From: Octopus vulgaris
Lineage: Eukaryota
DNA length: 64,000 nucleotides
Assembly (NCBI GenBank): GCA_951406725.2
Contig: OX597837.1
Coordinates: 30,380,001 to 30,444,000 of the forward strand
Direction of reading: 5' to 3'
The notes beneath the pieces were generated by a model, which was not told where the DNA came from, searched no databases, and worked only from the letters and a program-made list of their open reading frames with translations. Shown one piece after another: positions 1-12,450 of the stretch (positions are counted from its first letter, which is position 1; each line of letters starts with the position of its first letter). The translations under genes were made by a program, and so were the position numbers.

Positions 1-184
1 AATCTCCAGCTCGGAACCTTGCGAACCACTTCCGTACAGTTCTTTCGGATAAAGAAACATCACTGTAAACTGTGCATATTTCTTTGGTTGCTTGTGAGGC
101 ATTTTTCCTTTTACGGGAAAAGAAAAGCATCAAGTGCCGAAAATGAACTTTCTTATCTTCCATTTTAAAGGGTTACAGAATTAA

Positions 185-402
185 CCCTTTAACATTTAAA
201 CCGGCCATATCCGGCCAAAAGTATTCTGCCTGTTTTATGTCCAAACTGGACAGAACTGGTCTCTCACACCAACCCTACAATATTATTTTAAAAATTAACA
301 GCTACCTCATCAAAATCTCATAGCTACAAGATAATGCATGATTAGTTCAAAACAATGTGGATGAAGAAGCATTAACTTTGGCAGAATAATGCAAACAAAG
401 GT
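185..402. mobile_element. piggyBac-like MITE, degenerate right end
   Basis: Starts TTAA|CCCTTTAACATTTA; the body is the reverse-orientation relative of the TTAA-flanked element at 60276-60494. Confidence 0.55.
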
Positions 403-899
403 TATAGGAACATAAATCTTCTTTGACGAAAAGATAGCTGAAACTGTGCTCTAAATGGAGGTGTAGTCAAATCCTATTTTATGGACTCAAACATGTTTCA
501 AAAAATAAGTCAAAAGGTAAGCTGCTATAAATCAGTACGAACTTTCCGGACAACCCTATACTATCAGTCTCAGCAAGGCATCGCTACTGTACAACTGAAC
601 ATGTTAAAGCTCATGAAACTACAATGTGATGGGTGTAATGTATAGATGCTTATATAGTCTTAGATCTCTTTCATTAATGATAAATAATTGTTCTACATGA
701 AGCTTGTTTCCATTGCAATAATGATGATTATGAAACTGTTAACATATTGCATAGTTATTTATTAGATGGTAATCTGAAATATTGAATATATGAAATACCT
801 CAGGAGGTGCTCTTTTCTTTGAATAGTCTTCTGTAGATATTGAACCTATATTAAAATATATCCTTCTCACTGTCTGCTTTCTCTCTTCTTATCTTTCAG

Positions 900-947
900 T
901 TCAACATGCTGTGTTATACCTAAAAACAGAGGGTTATACACATCCAG
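900..947 (+). CDS. TNF-like gene copy A, exon 3 (48 nt)
   Basis: ctttcag|TTCAACAT...CATCCAG|gtaagc; encodes QHAVLYLKTEGYTHP; same length and phase as the exons at 25390-25437 and 52509-52556; splices in frame to 3475. Confidence 0.85.
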
Positions 948-1718
948 GTAAGCTAATTTATACAGATTTATTGCACACTTTTTCTCATAATTTGAATTAC
1001 TCCCTTACATAACTGATAATAACTACTTTATATAAACACCTATGTCGCTATATACATTTTAGAATCAATTAGGTGTAATGAAATCATTAAATATTTCATT
1101 AACAGTTATAGTAATAGTCTTTGGCTATTACAAACTATTAATACAATTAGTGGGTGAGTAAAGAATGTCCCCATATTATTTTAACAAACGAATATGCATC
1201 TGGGTAAAATAAATGAGTTGACTGGAAATGCTGGGAAAGTGGGGGTTGTTCCCATTTGCCATTACACTGTTCCATGTCATATCCCATTTCCTGTTCATTT
1301 CTTGTTCATTTCCTGTCTTTATATCCATCTTGTCATTTATGTAAAAAGGTTATTGCAAAAAATAGGTATTACAAACTATTAATTCGATCAGTGGGTAAAT
1401 AAGGAACATCTCTATACTATTTTAATGAATGATTGTGCATCTGAGTAAAATTCACTAACATAAGTCACCCTCTCTCTGTTAGTACCTTTCTCTCTGTTAC
1501 TACCTTAGACATACGTTTTGCAACCTTCTCATTTTATCTCATAATTCACCCAGTGCTCCAGGGGTGCAAATTACAGATTTGTATTGAAATCTAATTATCC
1601 TATTATTGAACTGGATGTTAGTGTAACATGTATGCAAAGTTTCATGAATATTGGTCAATGGTTTAGGTACTAAGATGGTAACAGATGGACAGGCAGAAAT
1701 TGTCATATACATACATAT

Positions 1719-1763
<45 letters not shown>

Positions 1764-1950
1764 TCGATAGATAGATAAATACACATGCACTCACGCACAC
1801 ACATGCACACATGTATATTGTTGTATATATATATATTTATGTATATCAATAATAATATGACAACAAAAGAATGAATGAGACCTAGATATTATGCAAATAG
1901 AGGAATTTATCTATGAATATAATATATGTGACAATTAGTTGGTTGTCATA

Positions 1951-2009
1951 ATAAAACTCAGAGTTTTGGATGCCGGGGTTGAAGTCTGCTCCGGCATCTC
2001 ATCAGTTAT
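1951..2009 (-). ncRNA. Degenerate hammerhead-ribozyme-like motif (Penelope-type remnant)
   Basis: Minus strand: ataa CTGATGA GATGCCGG..CCGGCATC CAAAAC TCTGAGTT ttat; the GAAA core is mutated. Confidence 0.4.
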
Positions 2010-2015
2010 TAAGAC

Positions 2016-2346
2016 AGGTGGTATAAAAATGTTTCTGGGGTAGTTATGTTTGATAAAAATAACTTGTATATCTAATTTTTTAAATCATCTCCTTTGAAAT
2101 AGTCACCTTGTGCAGCAATATACCAGTTCCAGCATTCCTGCTGCTTTTCAAATGTAGCCTGGAAGTTGTCTTCTGTAAGTGGTGGTCCTTCAGAGATTCA
2201 CTCTGGATCCCATTGGTGGTGTTATAATGGCAACCTTTGAGCTGTATTTTCATCTTGGGAAAGAGATGGAAGTACACAGGTACTAAATCTGGGGAATAGG
2301 GTGGGTGCAGAAGTGATACCCCCATTTTTGGCAAGAAGCTCACCAA
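2016..2346 (-). mobile_element. Tc1/mariner transposase C-terminal remnant
   Basis: Translation LLHPPYSPDLVPVYFHLFPKMK contains the mariner YSPDL motif; degraded. Confidence 0.8.
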
Positions 2347-3092
2347 TGAGGAGGGCTCAGTTAAGAACCCAATTCTTCATGCTCCCGAGACCAGGTTGTT
2401 TTTGCCTAATATCCTCTTTCAAGGGCTCAGTTAAGAACCCAATTCTTCATGCTCCAGAGAACAGGTTGTTTTTGCCTAATATATATATATATATATATAT
2501 ACATATACCTTTGGTGAGAAATGTTACACATTTGAAATTCTCTCAGAGTATACTCTTTACAGATCTCGTTATCTCTCATTTCCAGGGTTGTTTTTCAGTG
2601 CATTTGAAGTGCCTGGCCTATGAAACCTACGTACAACCGCATATATATATATATCGAGCATATATATCTTTGGTGAGAAATGTTACACATTTGAAATTCT
2701 CTCAAGTATCGTCGATTTTGTACCTTTGATCATATGTGTTTATACATATATACACCAGCATGTATATATACATATGTATAGGGGATAAACATATGACATA
2801 AACACACACATATATATATATGTATATATATATATACAACAGTGCTTATTTCAGTTTCCGTGTACCAAATCCACTCACAAGGCTTTGGTCGGCCCGATAT
2901 AGTAGAAGACACTTGTGTGTGTGCCACGTGTGTGTGGTGTGTGTGTGTGTGAACCATGTGGTTGGTGTGTACTTACCACACAACCACTCCTGCGTATGTC
3001 GATTTTGTACCTGTGTGATTATATGTGTTTATACATATATATATATATGTATATATATATATGTATATATATATATACATATGTATATATAT

Positions 3093-3200
<108 letters not shown>

Positions 3201-3474
3201 CTTTGGTGAGAAAGAGGAGAGAGATGAAAGAGGGATTTTTTGCTCTATGTATTGAATATATCTGTAAATTATCATTATCATTAAATTAGTGAGTTAGCAG
3301 AATCATTAAGACTTAGTCTGAAATTCTGTTGAGGTTGTCTTCAGCTTTCATCCTTTTAGTGTCAATAAAATAAGTACCAGTTAAACACTAGGGTCAAAGC
3401 AGTTTACTTAATCTTGCCCCGTAATTTCTAGCTTTGTGCAAAATGTGAAATCATTTTCATTATTTCTTTTTCAG

Positions 3475-3863
3475 ATAAGGAAATAAGGTTACAATGGAAG
3501 AAAGATGAGAAGCAGAGTGTAGGCAACATTCAACTGGTCAATGAAACTCTCATATATATTCCACAGGATGGGGTATACCAAATAAACAGTGCTGTGCAAT
3601 TGCACTTTAAAAAAAATGATTCTGCAGCAATTGTAACCATGTTATATAGGAAAAAGAATGGGGCACCAGACGAATATTTTATAAAAAGGAAAAAATCCCT
3701 ACACAATGTATCAGAACATGCTGTAATACAAACATCATTTACACACCAATTTAAAGCAAATGATTCAATGTATTTGATGATGAACAAGGCAAGATTCATC
3801 AGCTCCGATAAATACTCAAGCTATTTCACTATCACCAGTTCCAATACAAATGATCCTCAGTAA
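3475..3863 (+). CDS. TNF-like gene copy A, terminal exon (TNF homology-like domain)
   Basis: tttcag|AT; DKEIRLQWKKDEKQSVGNIQLVNETLIYIPQDGVYQINSAVQLHF...FKANDSMYLMM...SSYFTITS; matches the THD pattern L-x-W ... I-x-x-x-G-x-Y-x-I-x-S-x-V-x-(F/L). Confidence 0.85.
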
Positions 3864-4157
3864 AATGTTAGTGTTGTACTTTAAATACAGATAAACTGCT
3901 TTCCCAAGAGCTTCTCTTTCACCATAAAACATCTTGTGAATAAAAAATTCTTTTGCTTTCTTCTATTCTGTAATCAGTTTTAATCAGTGGTTTGTGGTTA
4001 CGTTGAAGCATTTCTTTGGAGATAATCTTTATATCCAAGGTGTCCCTATTTAACTTAATAAAAAGATTATCTTTTGGTATTAACACCGCTTGCATCCCCA
4101 ATGATTAACTTTGGAGTTTCATTTAATTATATCAAGCTCATTGTCTTTTCTCTAGAC

Positions 4158-4664
4158 CAGTGGTTTTCAACCAGGGTTCCGTGGAACCTTAGGGTTCCAC
4201 CAGCACAGTCCAGGGGTTCCGCAAGAAGTTACAAAACTGCTAAAATCGGCAGTAATTTTTAATTCTCCTGTGCAGATATGCGTGCATAAGACTATTAAAT
4301 TATTGCACAGGGGTTCCTCGAGCCAGAGGAATGTTTCCTTGGGGTTCCGCTCCAGCAAAAAGTTTGAAAAGCACTGACATAGACAAACAGACACACATTC
4401 TTATATCTAAATCAATGCAAAGACATACAGACACACACATTAATACAGTGGTTTTCAACCAGGCTTCTGCAGAACCTTAGGGTTCTGCCAGCACGGTCTA
4501 GGGGTTCCGCAAGAAGTTACAAAACTGCTAAAATCGGCAGTAATTTTTAATTCTCCTGTGCAGATATGCGTGCATAAGACTATTAAATTATTGCACAGGG
4601 GTTCCTCGAACCAGTGGAATGTTTCCTTGGGGTTCTGCTCCAGCAAAAAGTTTGAAAAGCACTG
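4158..4664. mobile_element. Two tandem hAT (Charlie/Buster-like) MITE copies, 4158-4376 and 4446-4664
   Basis: Each 219 bp copy has TIRs CAGTGGTTTTCAA..TTGAAAAGCACTG; CTCTAGAC / CTCTAGAT flank the pair. Confidence 0.8.
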
Positions 4665-4994
4665 CTCTAGATCTTAGTTGTTGTCATACGATACAAAATG
4701 TGAAGCGGAGATTGCTGTAAGAGAAGACTATTCGAACAATCACAATCGCTGCAGAGTATTTTTGTTTAAATGCACACAAAGCCACTTGTCAGTTTTTACA
4801 TGTTTACATGACATACCATTGATTCACCATTATCGTATATTTTTTAACCATTGTTGGTATCCCTTTCATTTCATACATATGGTTCTACACAGTAATGTTT
4901 TCTGTGTGTATAAATGCTTTTCTCAAATAAAATTACACCTCATGTTTGAAAATCTATTTATTATTCCCTTGCCATTTATTTTATTTCTTATATA

Positions 4995-5002
4995 TGTGTA
5001 TG

Positions 5003-5037
<35 letters not shown>

Positions 5038-5056
5038 GTTATTCTGTGTTTGTATG

Positions 5057-5087
<31 letters not shown>

Positions 5088-5202
5088 GTGTGTGTATGTA
5101 TGTATGTATGTATGTATGTAAGTGTGTGTCTGTGTATGTATGTATGTATGTATGTATGTGTGTATGTATGTATGTATGTATGTATGTATGTATGTATGTA
5201 TG

Positions 5203-5233
<31 letters not shown>

Positions 5234-5322
5234 GTGTGTGTCTGTGTATGTATGTATGTATGTATGTATGTAAGTGTCTGTGTATGTATGTATGTATGTA
5301 TGTATGTATACATGTATGTATG

Positions 5323-5353
<31 letters not shown>

Positions 5354-5556
5354 GTGTCTGTGTATGTATGTATGTATGTATGTATGTATGTATGTATGTG
5401 TGTTTGTATGTATGTATGTATGTAAGTGTCTGTGTGTATGTATGTATGTATGTATGTATGTATGTATGTATGTATGTATGTATGTATGTATGTGTCTGTG
5501 TATGTATGTATGTATGTATGTATGTATGTATGTATGTATGTATGTATGTATGTATG

Positions 5557-5587
<31 letters not shown>

Positions 5588-5652
5588 GTGTCTGTGTATG
5601 TATGTATGTATGTATGTATGTATGTATGTGTGTATGTATGTATGTATGTATG

Positions 5653-5683
<31 letters not shown>

Positions 5684-5704
5684 GTATGTATGTATGTATG
5701 TATG

Positions 5705-5735
<31 letters not shown>
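4995..5735. repeat. (TATG)n compound microsatellite
   Basis: Directly visible; source of the YIHT/MYVC pseudo-ORFs. Confidence 0.95.
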
Positions 5736-5737
<2 letters not shown>

Positions 5738-5929
5738 TAGAAAAAAATCAACTTTTATCAATTCAATAATGAAATTATACCATCTAGAAAATTACTTATT
5801 ATAGTTAAATTATACCATCTAGAAAATTACTTATTATAGAAAGATTATTATATTATATTTTGTGAAATTTGATTCAGTATTTCTAAATTGAATTTTTCCC
5901 TGTAAATTTGGAACAATATTCCCTCATAC

Positions 5930-5968
<39 letters not shown>

Positions 5969-6436
5969 TAATAAGATATATATATATATAATTATATATA
6001 TATATATATATTATATATGCATTTATATTTATATATATTAGAAATTCCCAAACAAGATATCACTTAATGAAAGGTACTATAAAAGAGAAATTAAGATGAA
6101 AGCTTACTTTAGACATGAAAATGTTCAGGTCATTAGAAGGGGGGAAACAAGGTAATGGAAGAGTGTTCCAAGATCTGGCAGTTCAAAGAATAAAGCTACG
6201 AATGTAGAAAAACTTTCTTATTCACGGAAGCACAACAGCATTTGGATGAAGGTGTGAGTTTTGAGTCTGGCGAGATGGCACAAAGCGATTTGGAACAAAG
6301 AAGCCAGGAAGGAACCAATTAAATTAAAAACTTGCTTCTGAACCCGATCAAGAAGATTCAAGTGCACCAGTCCAGATATGATCACAGTATCCCATACAAA
6401 GATTGTGGACTTTTAAAGATACAAAATAGCCTTCAT

Positions 6437-6920
6437 CATTATCATCATCATCACATTTAGTGCCCGCTTTCCATGCTAGCATGGGTTGGACGGTTGAATT
6501 GGGGTCTGGGAAGCCAGAAGGCTGCACCAGGCCCAGTCTGATCTGGCAATGTTTCTACGGCTGGATGCCCTTCCTAACGCCAACCACTCCGAGAGTGTAG
6601 TGGGTGCTTTTTACGTGCCAGACGGGCTGGCAAACGGCCACGATCGGATGGTGCTTTTTACGTGTCACCGGCACGGGGGCCAGGCGAGGCTGGCAAACGG
6701 CCACGTTCAGATGGCTCTCTTACATACCACTGGCACTGGTATCACAGCTGCAATTTCCATTGATGTTGATCGATTTCGATTTCCACTTGCCTCAACAGGT
6801 CTTCACAAGTGGAATTTTGTGTCCCAAGAAGGAAAGGTATGCATAAGTGGACTGGCTACAGCCCATGTAGAGGCCACGGGTTATGGTCTCACTTGTCCTG
6901 CCGGGTCTTCTCACAAAGTC
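6437..6920 (-). mobile_element. RTE-associated 3' end or SINE with (GAT)n tail
   Basis: (CAT)n at the left end followed by TTTCTACGGCTGGATGCCCTTCCT..GCCAACC, resembling RTE-type 3' ends. Confidence 0.5.
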
Positions 6921-7099
6921 CTTTGAGTGATACAATGACCCAACTTTACAGGAAGGAAATCTACCAACTGACTGTGTGTAAGGACCTCCAAAAGATGGGG
7001 CAAGAAAGTAAAAACCAAGTGGTTCCCTTGAAAACCTTTCATCCAGCATTTTGACTATCTCACCATGTGATACTGCAAACCTGTAATCCATGCAAATGG

Positions 7100-7470
7100 G
7101 AAAAAGCTAGTGAAAGACCTGAGTTTGGTCTTGCTAAGGTTGAACGTTACTAACCACTTGCTCTGTTTCTCAACAGCATGCACATCCACCTCAAGATTAG
7201 CGTCAAATTCCAACCATTTCAAAGGAGAGAGATTATCAGGAAAACCAGAATAAAGTTAAGTACCATCGTTACAAACATTGATGAATTGCAGAACATTTGG
7301 AAGGAAGATTGTTGGATGTAGAAGTGAAATAGAGTAGGATGAATAATAGAGCCTTGGAGGACATCGGTATTGATAGAGTATTGGAAAGTAACACTGTCCA
7401 GAGCCACATGCATACAATAACCTTTCCACATATACAATAGGCAGAGAGCTTATGGAATAAACCGGCATGC
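7100..7470 (-). mobile_element. Old LINE reverse transcriptase fragment
   Basis: SINTDVLQGSIIHPTLF resembles a decayed GVPQGSxLxPxLF RT motif. Confidence 0.5.
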
Positions 7471-7493
7471 CAAATCCTAAGGTTTGGGATATA

Positions 7494-7882
7494 GAGTGGC
7501 TGTGTGGTAAGTAGCTTGCTTACCAACCACATGGTTCCGGGTTTAGTCCCACTGCGTGGCACCTTGGGCAAGTGTCTTCTCCTATAGCCTCGGGCAGACC
7601 AAAGCTTTGTGAGTGGATTTGGTTAACGGAAACTGAAAGAAGCCCGTCGTATATATGTATATATATATGTGCGTTTGTGTGTCTGTTTGTCCTCCCAACA
7701 TCGCTTGACAACCGATGCTGGTGTGTCTACGTCCCCATAACTTAGCGGTTCAGCAAAAGAGAACCGATAGAAAAAGTACTAGGCTGACAAAGAATAAGTC
7801 CTGGGGGGGGGGGTCGATTTGCTCGACTAAAGGTGGTGCTCCAGCATGGCCGCAGTCAAATGACTGAAACATGTAAAAAGAG
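7494..7882 (+). mobile_element. tRNA-derived SINE family 1 (octopus OK-like), full copy
   Basis: Head GAGTGGCTGTGTGGTAAG..GGTTxAGTCCC, internal microsatellite, tail GGTGCTCCAGCATGGCCGCAGTCAAATGACTGAAAC; more than 12 copies in the window. Confidence 0.85.
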
Positions 7883-8215
7883 AAAAAAAAAGAGAGAATG
7901 AGCTTCAACGTGAGCCTTTCCTGATTTATCCATAAATCGGTAGATTGAGACAACATGAGATATATTCCAGCAAGATGAAAAACAAGACTTAGCAAGAAAA
8001 AGATTAAATAACTTAGAGAGTAAAGGAAAACATCCCAGGAGCACCCTGCTTCAAGAGTACCACAGGAATGTTGCCAGGACTAGATGCTCCAGACTGATCA
8101 AACCCAGAGGTCACTATGGCAACAAGTTTCAGAGTTATGACTACGAAATAAGAACCCGTTCTGTATGAGAAGGAAACTCAGAGATAATAGTGGTTTTTCT
8201 CCAATTTATATATAT

Positions 8216-9057
8216 TGTTACGGACCACCCTCGCTCAGTAGAACGGAGAATTCGCCACACAGAGAGGACCCGGTGGGGATGGCAGCGGCGAACACGACAA
8301 CCGGCGACCGGAGATATAACGACAACAACAAACAGGAAGAGATACAGAGAGAGACGGCTGAAGGCAATTGGCTACATTTAACAACAGTTTATGCAAATAT
8401 TACAACAAATACAATGTGATACATCAGGTACATCAAAGTAAATACAAGCAACAGAATCAACTGCATGCAGATGCAATATACAGTTCAGAGACAATAGTTC
8501 GAATCCAATTAAGACAAATAACGTTCACATTAACGATACAGTTCAATACATTAGAGTCTTTCTCCTTCTTTCTCTTTAACAGTTCTTTCTTTTTTTCCTC
8601 TCTCCTTCTTTCTCTTATTTTTTCAACACATTAATTCTTTTTCCTTCTTTTTTTTTTCACATATCAAAACATAATTAAACACAAACCGTCAACAACAGCC
8701 AAGTGCCCTCATACCGTAGTCCCTCTCTCTTAGCTCTGTAATACTCTCTGCCTGTCTTCCTCTTTCACATTCTCTATCATTCTCTCGCTTGTCAGCTCCT
8801 CAGATTCCCTGTTTATCTTCCTCTTTCACGTTCACTGTCATCGCAGAAACTACCTGTCACTAACTCGCTCTGTCCCCAACTGACTAACAGACTCACATCT
8901 CCCTGCTTTTTAAGGGGTTTCCTCGAACTTTCTTTGACCGGCACAAGGCCAAGTGTCCCCTCAAAGCTCATTACTCCTTCGTGAATCTGACAGAACAATG
9001 GATTTATTCCCAAAGTAGGTCGCAACCAACTGTCCTTAAATTGAACCATTCATAACA
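8216..9057. mobile_element. Probable solo LTR
   Basis: 842 bp bounded by TGTTA...TAACA with ATAT on both sides; no coding capacity. Confidence 0.6.
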
Positions 9058-9077
9058 ATATATATATATATATATAT

Positions 9078-10235
9078 GATTGATTGATTGATTCTAGTTT
9101 CAGCTTATGAGCTGCGGCCATGCTGGGGCACCGCCATTTGATGTTGCTATTTGGTTTCACTTCACGAAAGCTTTCTAGCAACTGCCATTTGGTGCATGAG
9201 AGAGTTCGTTGCAGCTGCCCTCATCTGCCCCTCCTGCAGTTCATCTGGGACACCTGACAGGAAGAGATCAAGCTTCATTTTAAAGACATCCGCATCCACC
9301 CCATGCAGGTCTCTCAGGTTCTTCGGGAGGATATTGAAGAGTTGTGGGCCTCGGAAGCCCAGGCTATCACAGAATCTTGTCCTACATCTTGATGGCAGGT
9401 TTGGAGTCCTAGGCACCACGCAGTGGCGCCCAGTTCTGGCATTTGCGTAACTCTCGATGCCAAAGTTCAGGACACGTCCCTCCAGGATCTTCCAGATGTA
9501 TATTATGGCATATCTTTCCCGCCTACGCTCCAGGGAATATAGTTTTAATCTCTTGAGTCTTTCCCAGTAGCTTACATTCTGCATAGAGGCTATCTTCTTC
9601 GTGTAGCTACGTTGGATCGCCTCGAGCTCTGTGATCAACTTGACACTGGATGGTGACCATAACTGAGAGCAGTAGTCAAAGTGGCTTAGGACAAGTGTCC
9701 TCCAGAGGACCATCATGGTTTCTTGTTCTCTTGTTCTAAAGGTTCTGAGGATCCATCCGGCCAGTCGTCTACATTTCATTGCCAATTTAGCAACATGTAC
9801 ACGAAAGGTCGCGTCATCACTCATGTAAATACCTAGGTCACGCACTGATTGTGCCTCCGGGTCCAGTGTATTCATTGGGTATTGCATTTAGTTTTGCATG
9901 CTGATAGTATAGAGCTTGAAACTTTTCAGCATTGAACTGCATGCTATTCTTTTAGGCCCACTTGTATATTTTGTCCTGCTCACATTGCAGGTGTTTAGTG
10001 TCCTCAGGGTTCTGTATTGCCTGTGAAACTTTTGTATCACCTGCATAACTTGTGATCGTGGCTCTCTGCGTGGCTGAGGGCATGTCTGAGAGGGCCATTA
10101 TGAACAGTAGTGGTCCCAGAACAGTGCCCTGCGGAACACCGCTCACTATTTGCGTGTTAATGGAAGTGGCCCCATTGGCTGCTACCACCTGACTTCTATC
10201 TTTCAGAAAGTCATGAAGCCATTCTCCCAGTTTTC
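9078..10235 (-). mobile_element. 5'-truncated CR1-type LINE
   Basis: RT motifs GVPQGTVLGPLLF and YAGDTK plus C-terminal LYSLERRRER; near-identical to 36240-37407 apart from small indels; (AATC)n tail; embedded in TA runs. Confidence 0.92.
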
Positions 10236-10466
10236 ATATATATATGCCATGTTACTACCCCAATGTCTCAGCTGGAACTGATCTACAGACTCACAGCTCC
10301 TTTTTATAAGATAGTTTCTTTGACCCTTCCTTGACTGGCAAAAGGGTAGGGGTCCTTCCAAAAGCCATCACTCTTTCTAAAACAAAGGACTATAACTTTG
10401 TATTGTAGACTTTCAGTCTCCAAGCCAAGCAAAGTAGGTAAAGAAGTACCGTGAACTGAACTATTC

Positions 10467-10519
<53 letters not shown>

Positions 10520-10781
10520 CATTACAGATAAAGAGTGAAATATAATTAATTTAATAAAATCAACAAATTTCACCTAGTAGGATTTCGGTATGGAAAAGGG
10601 CCATATTCGGTAAAAACTTATATAATTATAACAATAAGGGTCTTTGCAATAAGTTGCTTGACAACATAAAGAAAATTTTTGAAATAGCAGCCAGAGGACT
10701 GCTATTTCCTTTTATTACAAAAATATGTCTCCTCAGACAACTTATATATGAGTTACAAATATTGTTTTCGATATACATACA

Positions 10782-10839
<58 letters not shown>

Positions 10840-10964
10840 CCGAAATTACTACGATGATCCGGTTCTTGACTGAAGACTGAGGGTTTCGAATGTCCTGTCC
10901 GTGTTTTTTGTATCGTCTTCTAAGAGTTATACGTTCTTGTCCATGTTGTATTTTTCTACATACC

Positions 10965-11035
<71 letters not shown>

Positions 11036-11163
11036 GTATATATATATACCAATCTTTCGGTATTAGTAGACGATGTCATTCACTCTCATTTACATTTTAT
11101 CTATAACATGAAGGAGTCATTGCGTGGTCGAATGAGATCCCGTAAAAACAAATGAACGAAAAC

Positions 11164-11197
<34 letters not shown>

Positions 11198-11250
11198 CAC
11201 CACCATCACCACTACTGCTGCTGCTGGTGCTGGTGCTGCTGGTGCTGCTG

Positions 11251-11298
<48 letters not shown>

Positions 11299-11456
11299 TT
11301 ACTACTACTATCGCTGTCGGCTTGGTCTCTATTTTAGCCTATCAAAACTGAAGACGGTAAGAGAGAAAGGCTGAACGACATTACCATTGAAATGGATATG
11401 ATATTGATATAGCGTCATAGAAATGACACCTTGTTTCACATTTATGTGCTGACTCC

Positions 11457-11495
<39 letters not shown>

Positions 11496-11717
11496 CGGGA
11501 AGCTTTATGAAAATAGACAAAAGACGAAGGCAGGTGGAATACAAACAAACAATTGTATTAGTATGGCGCTCAGGAAATATAAATAAAACAAGTCTTTAAC
11601 GTTTCGAGCCTACGCTCTTCAACAGAAAGATACACAGAAAAAAAAACACAGAAAGAAGGAGAGAAAAAAAAATGCGTGCAGTAACTAACGAATCAACATG
11701 GCGATATATATATATAT

Positions 11718-11770
<53 letters not shown>

Positions 11771-12263
11771 TATACATATATATATACATATATAAGTCCT
11801 GGAGTCGATTTGCTCGACTTAAGGCGGTGCTCCAGCATGGCCGCAGTCACATGGCTGAAACAAGTAAAAGAGTATCATAATCTCCATATTTTCCTACGTA
11901 TAGCGAAATGTGTGTGTGTGTGTGTGTGTGTGTGTCTGTGTGGGCGTATCTCTTTGAATCGGTACACGTAACCCCCCCCCCCTAATACACACTTGCATTT
12001 AAAAAGAATTTACAACGTCATAGAAGATAATCTAAGTTATAATTATAGCCTCGTTCTGAAATAGACCACGCCTCCACATTGGGCGGGCTTACTTCTCCTC
12101 ATCCTCTGCCATCTTCATCGTCCTTCGTCTTCACTCGAACGAGACACATCGCTGAGGTTCATTCTTTCTCAGTAAATTCCAGTTTGTTACAAGTCATTTT
12201 AATTATGCCTGTTTTTACCTTGTAAAGTGTCTTCTGCTATTCAATTTTAGCTTTAGTATTTAT

Positions 12264-12419
12264 GAGTGGCTGTGTGGTAAGTAGCTCGTTTACCAACGAC
12301 ATGGTTCCGGGTTCAGTCCCACTGCGTGGTACCTTGGGCAAGTGTCTTCTACTATAGCCTCGGGCCGACCAAAGCATTGTGAGTGGATGTGGTAGACGGA
12401 AACTGAAAGAAGCCCGTCG

Positions 12420-12450
<31 letters not shown>

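Noticed and set aside
2352-2705. Small local duplications (also 5770-5840, 16019-16087 and 48540-48917)
   Set aside because: Ordinary slippage-type duplications with no sign of function.
3475-3863. Assigning a gene symbol (TNF, EDA, TNFSF10, eiger) or calling the domain C1q
   Set aside because: Too divergent to assign orthology by eye; a type II TM with no collagen repeat favours TNF-like over C1q.
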